DNA from: a virus
Taxonomy: Duplodnaviria; Caudoviricetes
Direction: 5' to 3' (one strand)
DNA length: 62,884 nt
IMG/VR virus record: IMGVR_UViG_3300017989_000120
Location: 1-62,884 of that record
Shown here in pieces: positions 56,421 through 62,884 of this stretch. The position numbers and the translations under genes are program-made. The notes under the pieces were generated by a model. It was not told the DNA's origin, did not search any database, and saw only the letters and a list, made by a program, of their open reading frames with translations. Positions within the stretch are counted from its first letter, which is position 1, and every line of letters starts with the position of its first letter.

Positions 56421-57863
56421 TTGACCTCCCATAATAAATTTGAAAGTTTGGGCACTAAAACAAAAACAGTAGATACCTCGATATTAAATGGCGACCAAAG
56501 GCTGGCATTTGGGAAGCTTGTAAATTATGTCAGAAACCCAGCTGACAGATCCATCTATGTGCTTAGAGGTTGGGCCGGGACGGGTAAAACATTTTGCGTA
56601 AGTCTTTTGGTTAACTACCTCTTAACAGAGCTTTATCGGGATAAGGGGTGGTACAGAATTGCAGTTACGGGTCCAACTAATAAATCAGTCAGGGTGATTC
56701 GTAGATCGTCTGATATACACGACACCCGCGTCTCATTCCAAACCATCCATAAGTTACTTGGATTAAAGGAGAAGATAACACTTGACGGAAAGCAGGAGTT
56801 TGTCAAGGATCCTGGATTTCAGCCGAAGATATCGAAAATTAAGCTTCTAATAATCGATGAGGTCTCTATGTTGAATGATGATCTCTTTGAAAAAATAATT
56901 AAGCACAGGGAAAATATAAAGGTAATATGTATGGGGGATCCTGCACAGATCCCACCTGTTGGGAAACCCGATTGTATTCCCTTTAGAGAAGAGCTTGCAG
57001 AGGAATATGACATTAAGACTTTGGATCTGAAGACAATCATGAGACAAAAGCTTGACAACCCAATTATTAGTTCTTCTGTAAAGATCCGAGAAAATATCAA
57101 CGAGTCAGATTCTGGTATTTTACCACAGACCTTAACAAATAAATCTGGGGAAGGGATTGAATTTCTAAATCTTGGTGATCCCGGGGTAAGGAAAAACATT
57201 TCCTCTTACATGGAAAAGTATTTCAAAACCAAAAAGTTTGAAGAGGATTCGGAATATGCTAAGGTGATAGCTTGGAGGAATAAAACGGTGTCAACCATGA
57301 ACACCTTAGTTAGAAGAGTGATCTACGGGGAAGAGCAAATAGGCGAAAAGATATTGGTTGGAGAAAAACTGATTATCAATAGTCCCTATATTGTGAATGG
57401 AATGGTGGTTTTCAACACCAACGATGAATTCACTGTTGATTCATTTGAGATCAAAACACAGAAGGCTAAGGTTGAAGATCTTGAGGTAGATCTAAAATAC
57501 TATGAAACCCGTGTTTGGTTTTTGGACGACAACAACTCAAGACACGAAGACACCATAGAGATTCTCCACGAGGATAGTGAATACGATTTCAAGAGGGTGG
57601 CAAACATTCTTAAGAATATAGCAATCCAAAAGAAAGGAAAGGACAAGTCCTGGCTTGCTTACTATGATTTTCTTAGAGAATTCGCTGATGTTTCTTATGC
57701 TTATTGTATAACCGCACACAAGTCTCAGGGAAGTACCTACGAAACTTCTTTCGTAATGGAGGATGACATTGAGATGAACTGGGATGTCATAGAAAGAAAC
57801 AGAATCAAGTACACAGCATATACGCGGGCAAGCAAAAAACTTTATGTGCTGAAGAGATTTTAG
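56421..57863 (+). CDS. SF1B DNA helicase (Dda/RecD-like)
   Basis: GWAGTGKT, PTNKS, TIHKLL, IIDEVSM, GDPAQIPPV, IMRQ, YCITAHKSQGSTY, YTAYTRA. Confidence 0.9.
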   Translation: MTSHNKFESLGTKTKTVDTSILNGDQRLAFGKLVNYVRNPADRSIYVLRGWAGTGKTFCVSLLVNYLLTELYRDKGWYRIAVTGPTNKSVRVIRRSSDIHDTRVSFQTIHKLLGLKEKITLDGKQEFVKDPGFQPKISKIKLLIIDEVSMLNDDLFEKIIKHRENIKVICMGDPAQIPPVGKPDCIPFREELAEEYDIKTLDLKTIMRQKLDNPIISSSVKIRENINESDSGILPQTLTNKSGEGIEFLNLGDPGVRKNISSYMEKYFKTKKFEEDSEYAKVIAWRNKTVSTMNTLVRRVIYGEEQIGEKILVGEKLIINSPYIVNGMVVFNTNDEFTVDSFEIKTQKAKVEDLEVDLKYYETRVWFLDDNNSRHEDTIEILHEDSEYDFKRVANILKNIAIQKKGKDKSWLAYYDFLREFADVSYAYCITAHKSQGSTYETSFVMEDDIEMNWDVIERNRIKYTAYTRASKKLYVLKRF

Positions 57864-57932
57864 GAATTTTTCAGAAACATTTTTTTAGTTAGGAGGATCC
57901 CATTAATATTGCGTTGTTCTTCAAAAAAACGA

Positions 57933-57960
57933 GAAACAATCAATGTTTAGAGGTATATAA
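57933..57960 (+). promoter_or_regulatory. GAAAC-N18-TATAA promoter
   Basis: GAAAC aatcaatgtttagaggta TATAA, 17 nt before ATG 57978. Confidence 0.55.
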
Positions 57961-57977
57961 AGTCCAAAATCGGTAAT

Positions 57978-59417
57978 ATGAAACTCGTAGACGCACTTAG
58001 AACCAAGAATACCACCACGGAAAATGGTATGGCAACTAATTCATCTTCTTTGAATGCTTGCGTAGATTTATTCTTCATGATTGGTGCTATGAGGGGGCAG
58101 GATAAGCAAAGACTTATTGCAAATTTCTCACTTGCGTTTCACGAGGATCCACTTACAGCCATGAGAATTCTTTTTTGGGTAAGAGACATCAGAGGTGGAG
58201 CGGGAGAAAGACAGATCTTCAAGGACATTATTACATATTTAGCAAGCGACAACCCAGAGATACTAGGAAAAAACCTACATCTCATCCCAGAATATGGAAG
58301 ATGGGACGATTTGCTTACTTTGATTGGTACCAAGCTCGAAGCACCTGCATTAGATCTAATAAAGAGTGGTCTCGAAAGCGAAAATGGACTTTGTGCTAAA
58401 TGGATGCCTAGAAAGGGACCGATAGCAAACAGACTAAGAAACTTCTTAGGATTCACACCTAAGCAATATAGAAAGACACTGGTTGGCCTCACAAATGTTG
58501 TCGAGCAGGCTATGTGTGCTAAAGATTGGGAGTCTATTGAGTATGGTAAGCTTCCTTCAGTAGCAGCAGCAAGATACACTAAGGCATTTCACAAAAACGA
58601 TTCGGAGAGATATAATTTATATCTTGAGAAATTAAGGTCTGGCGAGGAAAAAGTAAATGCTTCTGCAGTCTATCCTTATGATGTGACCAAAACTCTCAAA
58701 CACGGAGATGCAGACTTTGCCTCTGAGCAATGGAAAGCACTTCCTGATTACATGGAGGGGAGCGAGGAAAGAATTCTTCCAGTCGTTGACACCTCAGGTT
58801 CTATGGCGACACCAGCTGGGGGAAATTCTAATGTTAACTGCTTGGATGTTGCAATCTCTCTGGGTATGTACATTTCTGAAAGAAACGAGGGAGCATTTAA
58901 GGACTCTTTTGTAACTTTCTCTGCTAACCCAGAGATTCAAATACTTAAGGGAGATTTAAAATCGAGGTTTTCCCAATTATCAAGAGCTGCTTGGGGTATG
59001 AACACGGATCTCCAAAAGACTTTTTCACACATATTGGATCAGGCAGTAAAAAATTCTGTACCTGCATCTGAAATGCCAACGAAGATCTTGATCCTCTCCG
59101 ACATGGAATTCGACAATGCGACAAGGGCTAACTCTTATTGGAATAACACTGATACTGTAGAGTGGAATCCTACTGCACAGGAAATGATCAGAGAGATGTA
59201 TGCTGAAGCAGGATACACAATGCCTTCCATCATCTACTGGAATATACAATCCAGGGGTGGTAATGTGCCGGTTTCTTTCACTGAATCCGGTACAGCTTTG
59301 GTAAGCGGTTTCTCTCCAGCAATTCTTAAAAGCATTTGCAAGGGTGAAATTATTTCGCCACTTCAGGTGATGAACGAAACTATTCTTTCTGAAAGGTATA
59401 AAGACATTATAATTTAA
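57978..59417 (+). CDS. DUF2828-family TROVE/Ro60-like protein with C-terminal vWA domain
   Basis: TENG, CVDLFF, FWVRDIRGGAGER, YGRWDDL, AKWMPR; vWA MIDAS VVDTSGSM, WGMNTD, LSDMEFD, IIYWN, VSGFSP. Confidence 0.85.
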   Translation: MKLVDALRTKNTTTENGMATNSSSLNACVDLFFMIGAMRGQDKQRLIANFSLAFHEDPLTAMRILFWVRDIRGGAGERQIFKDIITYLASDNPEILGKNLHLIPEYGRWDDLLTLIGTKLEAPALDLIKSGLESENGLCAKWMPRKGPIANRLRNFLGFTPKQYRKTLVGLTNVVEQAMCAKDWESIEYGKLPSVAAARYTKAFHKNDSERYNLYLEKLRSGEEKVNASAVYPYDVTKTLKHGDADFASEQWKALPDYMEGSEERILPVVDTSGSMATPAGGNSNVNCLDVAISLGMYISERNEGAFKDSFVTFSANPEIQILKGDLKSRFSQLSRAAWGMNTDLQKTFSHILDQAVKNSVPASEMPTKILILSDMEFDNATRANSYWNNTDTVEWNPTAQEMIREMYAEAGYTMPSIIYWNIQSRGGNVPVSFTESGTALVSGFSPAILKSICKGEIISPLQVMNETILSERYKDIII

Positions 59418-59423
59418 TTCAAG

Positions 59424-59699
59424 ATGGCAGATATAAATATTGACCCAGAAGATTATTGGTATTCATGCTCTGAATATGAAAGGGAGGAGCTGGCAAAAAC
59501 GGTAGTTCAGGAAGGATATATTTCAGACCTACTTCTTGAGATGGTTAAAAAGGGTGGAACCACATCATTTCAACCTGAAACTTACACCGAGCAAGAAATT
59601 GTAAGGTTGTTTAATGCCATTTGGGATAGTAAAAGATTTATCGAGCAAAAGCACATTGACGAAATATTCAAAAGCTTGAGGGAGCAAAGAGTTCTTTGA
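59424..59699 (+). CDS. Hypothetical acidic protein
   Basis: 91 aa between the DUF2828 gene and the non-coding units. Confidence 0.55.
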   Translation: MADINIDPEDYWYSCSEYEREELAKTVVQEGYISDLLLEMVKKGGTTSFQPETYTEQEIVRLFNAIWDSKRFIEQKHIDEIFKSLREQRVL

Positions 59700-59706
59700 A
59701 AATATT

Positions 59707-59766
59707 AGGTTTCTTACAGCAATTTTTTATACTATCCAATAAGTGTTATATAAAAAAGAAACCTGT
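59707..59766 (+). ncRNA. Candidate structured RNA unit 1 (helix / ACAGCAA bulge / helix)
   Basis: AGGTTTCTT(59707-15)/AAGAAACCT(59756-64); bulge ACAGCAA 59716-22; inner TTTTATA/TATAAAA; ends CCTGT. Confidence 0.55.
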
Positions 59767-59769
59767 GAA

Positions 59770-59955
59770 AGGATCGGTACAGCAAACCTATTCTATACTA
59801 GATGCAGAGTTAGTTGTAGTACAGCGCAAGCTTACTCTCTAACGAGACCCGGAGATCAGTGACCTGGTTCAAAACTAAAATCACGACGTCAACTTCTCAT
59901 TGGCGTAAAGAGAGATATAGCTGCAGAGCCGAATAATACTAATAGCGATCCTGTT
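59770..59955 (+). ncRNA. Candidate structured RNA unit 2 (same closing architecture, about 150 nt structured insert)
   Basis: AGGATCG(59770-76)/CGATCCT(59946-52); ACAGCAA 59779-85; inner CTATT/AATAG; ends CCTGT. Confidence 0.55.
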
Positions 59956-59960
59956 ATTTT

Positions 59961-59994
59961 AAATCCCTGGGTTAATAACCCGGGGATTTTTTTT
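59961..59994 (+). terminator. Intrinsic terminator
   Basis: AAATCCCTGGGTT aat AACCCGGGGATTT plus T-tract. Confidence 0.8.
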
Positions 59995-59995
59995 G

Positions 59996-60022
59996 GAAAC
60001 AATATGTGTAAAAAATCTAGAA
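59996..60022 (+). promoter_or_regulatory. GAAAC-N17-TAGAA promoter
   Basis: Directly after the terminator, before ATG 60048. Confidence 0.5.
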
Positions 60023-60047
60023 TACTGGGCATCACAAGGATTAATAA

Positions 60048-60695
60048 ATGACAGATTTTGAAAAAATAAAGGCCACGGTAGACTTTATTGATGGTCCTAA
60101 AATAGAGATTGGTGATAGTCACTCTGAAAATTTCTTGGTTGAACTTTACGAAGACATTGGTGGTGAGTGGGGAATCATCTATTCAAACCATGAATTCAAG
60201 CCCTTTATGTGGTACAAGTATTTAAGGAAATTTAGAACTAAGTGGAGGGTTAACATCTGGGGGATAGAAAATTTCGAGCCCGTTTTACTTTTTCAACATA
60301 CTTATAATGAGCAGGACAAAAAGATCCTTTTACGTTTTGACTCCCACTCTTACGACGTAAACTACAGATGGCTTCTGAAAGCTGAAAGTTTTGGTAAGTC
60401 AACCGGGAGCGAAATATTAGTTTCCTCTAAGTTCCACGACAGGCTTCGAAAAAATTATTCGGGCAGTGTTCAGATCATTGAACAACAAAAAGACTTTATT
60501 GGGTATTGCGAGACCAATGGAATATACGCATCTTACGATATTGGAAAACACGACATCCAAAGTAACATGTGGGACTTTTGGGAATCTGGTGGTATTTTTG
60601 AAAACCACGCTTCTTATTATGCTAGCTGGCACCATCCACAGAACTGGATCGGTTTAAGTAACGAGGATTTATTTGATAACATTCTAAGATTATGA
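60048..60695 (+). CDS. Hypothetical protein resembling the N-terminal part of Aah/TibC-like heptosyltransferases
   Basis: FIDGPKIEI, WYK..RK..T.WRV.I, KKILLRFDSHS; no LGD motif or Fe-Cys cluster. Confidence 0.35.
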   Translation: MTDFEKIKATVDFIDGPKIEIGDSHSENFLVELYEDIGGEWGIIYSNHEFKPFMWYKYLRKFRTKWRVNIWGIENFEPVLLFQHTYNEQDKKILLRFDSHSYDVNYRWLLKAESFGKSTGSEILVSSKFHDRLRKNYSGSVQIIEQQKDFIGYCETNGIYASYDIGKHDIQSNMWDFWESGGIFENHASYYASWHHPQNWIGLSNEDLFDNILRL

Positions 60696-62305
60696 GTATC
60701 ATTTTAGGAATTGGATTTTGCTCACACGATACCTCTGTTGCTGTATTAAAGGACGGTGAAATTCTAGGTATTTACGAGGAGGAAAAGCTAGTTGGCATAA
60801 AATCCTGCTACAACGTTTTCGCTCCACCCACCAATTGCCTTGAGGTTATAAAGAGGGACCATGGAATAGATCTTACAGACGTAGATCATTTTGCTATTTC
60901 CTCATTCTACAAGAAAGATATTGTCAAGGATAACATTGGAGTATTTTTGGGAAAAACAACCGAGGTATCTCACCATCTATCTCACACACTTGGTTCTTAC
61001 TTCACGTCGGGCATGAAGGGAAAGGTACTTAGTGTTTCCCATGACGGGAAGGGTAATCGGAGTAGAGGCAAGATATTGCTTTGTGAGGATGGTAATTACG
61101 AGGTAGTCCACTCACAGCATATTCCCACAACTGCATCCTTAGCAGGTCTTTGGGCTTCTTCTTGTACTCATCTGGGCTGGAAAATGCTTAAAGATGAGGG
61201 CAAGATAGTTGGTTTAGCTGCTCACGGTAAGCACGACAGCATAATCTACAAGTTAATCAAGGATTGTATACATTATGGTGGGGATCTAAATTTCCGTCCA
61301 GCAAACCACGAAGCCAGATTCCACTACGTCTGTGAACATATTCTTAAACCCCGTGGGGTTTTTACTGATAAACAGCTGAGAGCTAATTTTGCTTTTGCCC
61401 TTCAGAAGGTAACAGAAGAAACAATGAGAGATTTTCTGAAAGACCTAAGTAGTAGATTTCCAGAATACAGAAAGATCTGTTTTTCTGGCGGACTCTTTGC
61501 GAATGTTAAGATGAACATGTCCATCAACGACCTGGGACTTTTTGATGAAATCTACATTCATCCGGCAATGTCTGACAGCGGTTTAGCACTGGGTGCAGCA
61601 ATCAAGGTTGCAAACGACCTTGGAGAAATAACAGAACCTTTTAGACTCGAAAATGCTTTCCTTGGAGAAAGACACAATAGAGAAGCATGGGATGCTATTA
61701 TCAAAGAAAACTCAGAGGATCTGGAAACAGAACCCATGACATACGAAAGGATTGCTCAACTTGTAGATCAGGGATCTGTCGTTGGGGTATTTGTAGGAAG
61801 GACCGAATATGGTCCAAGAGCCTTGGGTAATAGGAGCATAGTAGTGAAACCAACCGATAAGGATACACACAGGAGACTGAACGAGAAGCTCAGAAGAACA
61901 GAGATAATGCCTTTTGCCCCTTCTGTGTTGGAAGAATTCAGCCAAGACGTTTTCCACATTGAGAAATCAAAACACACTGCTGAATTTATGACTTTGTGCT
62001 ATGACACAAGGGAAGAATGGCTCGGTAGAATCCCAGCAGTTGTACATACAGAAGACGGTACAGCAAGACCACAGATAGTAAACAAGGAAAGAAATCCACA
62101 CTTCCATAAATTGATCTCGGCATATCATAACATTTCTGGAATTCCCGTTGTTCTGAACACGTCTTTAAATGCCCATGGGGAGCCAATCAATAACTACCCA
62201 TACCAGGTGATCAAACACTTGCTTGATGATTCGCTAGATTATATTGCAACCGAGGATTACATTATAAACAAGAAAACAACCAGTAGTGTAAACTGGGAGG
62301 TGTAG
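60692..62305 (+). CDS. Carbamoyltransferase (NodU/CmcH family) 2
   Basis: SHDTSVA, EEEK, HHLSH, HDGKG, EGKIVGLA, SGGLFANVKMN, EYGPRALGNRS, MPFAP, DGTARPQ, NTSLNAHGEPI. Confidence 0.9.
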   Translation: MSIILGIGFCSHDTSVAVLKDGEILGIYEEEKLVGIKSCYNVFAPPTNCLEVIKRDHGIDLTDVDHFAISSFYKKDIVKDNIGVFLGKTTEVSHHLSHTLGSYFTSGMKGKVLSVSHDGKGNRSRGKILLCEDGNYEVVHSQHIPTTASLAGLWASSCTHLGWKMLKDEGKIVGLAAHGKHDSIIYKLIKDCIHYGGDLNFRPANHEARFHYVCEHILKPRGVFTDKQLRANFAFALQKVTEETMRDFLKDLSSRFPEYRKICFSGGLFANVKMNMSINDLGLFDEIYIHPAMSDSGLALGAAIKVANDLGEITEPFRLENAFLGERHNREAWDAIIKENSEDLETEPMTYERIAQLVDQGSVVGVFVGRTEYGPRALGNRSIVVKPTDKDTHRRLNEKLRRTEIMPFAPSVLEEFSQDVFHIEKSKHTAEFMTLCYDTREEWLGRIPAVVHTEDGTARPQIVNKERNPHFHKLISAYHNISGIPVVLNTSLNAHGEPINNYPYQVIKHLLDDSLDYIATEDYIINKKTTSSVNWEV

Positions 62306-62333
62306 AGGGATAAACCAGTAAATTAATTAGATA

Positions 62334-62884
62334 ATGAAAAAAAATATACCGCTCTTCAAGGTTTTTATGTCGCCCACCGCTGGTGAAAAAGTTACAGAGG
62401 TCTTAAATAGTGGCTACATAGGACAAGGTCCTAAGGTGGATGAATTTGAAACCAAATTGAAAAGGTTTTTTAACCAGGACTATGTTTCAACACTTAACTC
62501 CGGTACATCAGGATTACATCTTGCGCTACATCTGCTTAAAAAGCCAGTTAAGAATACAAAAATTTTTCGTGGGTCTATTTCTATGGATTCTCTTTGGCCC
62601 GGATTGCAAGAGGGAGATGAGGTATTAGCAACACCATTAACTTGCACTGCATCTAATTGGCCAATACTAGCAAACGGTCTAAAAATTAAATGGGTTGATA
62701 TTGACCCAAATACACTTAATATCGATTTAGACGATCTCGAGAGGAAAATTACAGATAAGACTAAAGTGATAATGCTTGTCCACTGGGGAGGATACCCAAA
62801 CGATCTTAATAGGATAAAAGAAATCCAGGAGAGAGCGGAAAGGAGATTCGGATTTAAACCCGCAGTCATTGAAGACGGTGCACA
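62334..62884 (+). CDS. DegT/DnrJ/EryC1/StrS sugar aminotransferase (truncated by the window end; not in the ORF track)
   Basis: Manual translation MKKNIPLFKVFM...SGYIGQGPKVDEFE...NSGTSGLHLAL...GDEVLATPLTC...VHWGG...IEDGAH. Confidence 0.9.
   Translation, partial: MKKNIPLFKVFMSPTAGEKVTEVLNSGYIGQGPKVDEFETKLKRFFNQDYVSTLNSGTSGLHLALHLLKKPVKNTKIFRGSISMDSLWPGLQEGDEVLATPLTCTASNWPILANGLKIKWVDIDPNTLNIDLDDLERKITDKTKVIMLVHWGGYPNDLNRIKEIQERAERRFGFKPAVIEDGA

Noticed and set aside
59700-59960. CRISPR array or tRNA gene
   Set aside because: Only two units of very unequal length sharing short motifs; no cloverleaf with acceptor stem and anticodon arm can be drawn
59889-60122. Minus-strand 77-aa ORF over RNA unit 2
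   Set aside because: It crosses a terminator and a + strand gene start and has no recognisable protein features
98-62186. Many short antisense or out-of-frame ORFs in the track
   Set aside because: They are nested within well-supported + strand genes and lack motifs; only 24833-25525, 25536-25862 and 50768-51115 are accepted on the minus strand
62480-62869. Minus-strand 129-aa ORF
   Set aside because: Antisense shadow of the + strand DegT aminotransferase that runs off the window
1-62884. Stop-codon reassignment, as in some huge phages
   Set aside because: Conserved genes are full length in the standard code, and both TAG and TGA end genes at expected positions (for example RLP TAG, topo B TGA)
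1-62884. Cellular chromosome or eukaryotic giant virus origin
   Set aside because: gp32, gp61, UvsY/UvsW, gp45-like and T4-type topoisomerase genes, operonic coupling and intrinsic terminators indicate a T4-like bacteriophage

Overview
A densely coded segment, almost entirely on the + strand, of a large T4-like (jumbo/huge) phage genome in the standard genetic code. The host is probably a Bacteroidota bacterium (Hc1 histone-like protein, DUF4494/DUF2452-like proteins, Bacteroidota-type ClpP, A-rich starts without Shine-Dalgarno). The window has two paralogous collagen-repeat fibre genes and other structural candidates. It has a T4-like replication/recombination set: gp32 SSB, primase, UvsY, UvsW, RuvC-like, clamp, Dda-like helicase, topoisomerase II subunits, and a family B polymerase split into two genes about 18.6 kb apart. 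It also has nucleotide metabolism (dUTPase, NrdAB, Adk, Trx), chaperone/protease genes (Hsp20, DnaJ, ClpP), repair genes (UvsE, MBD4-like) and many glycan-modifying genes (GT2-TPR, Glf, two carbamoyltransferases, DegT, 2OG oxygenases). Four observations stand out. (1) A DUF2828/TROVE(Ro60)-like vWA gene is followed by two tandem non-coding units with the same helix / ACAGCAA bulge / helix architecture, a candidate Ro-Y-RNA-like ribonucleoprotein system. (2) A translationally coupled operon is built around a RuBisCO-like (form IV) protein with NTP-transferase, cupin, GDPD-like and GT-like genes. (3) A peptide resembling the T4 capsid-targeting sequence recurs on more than ten unrelated proteins (including Adk and a RimK-protease fusion) and co-occurs with a GATATATA promoter-like motif. 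(4) A second promoter class, GAAA(C/T)-N17-18-TA(T/G)AA, is present. All family calls come from motif recognition by eye, not database searches.
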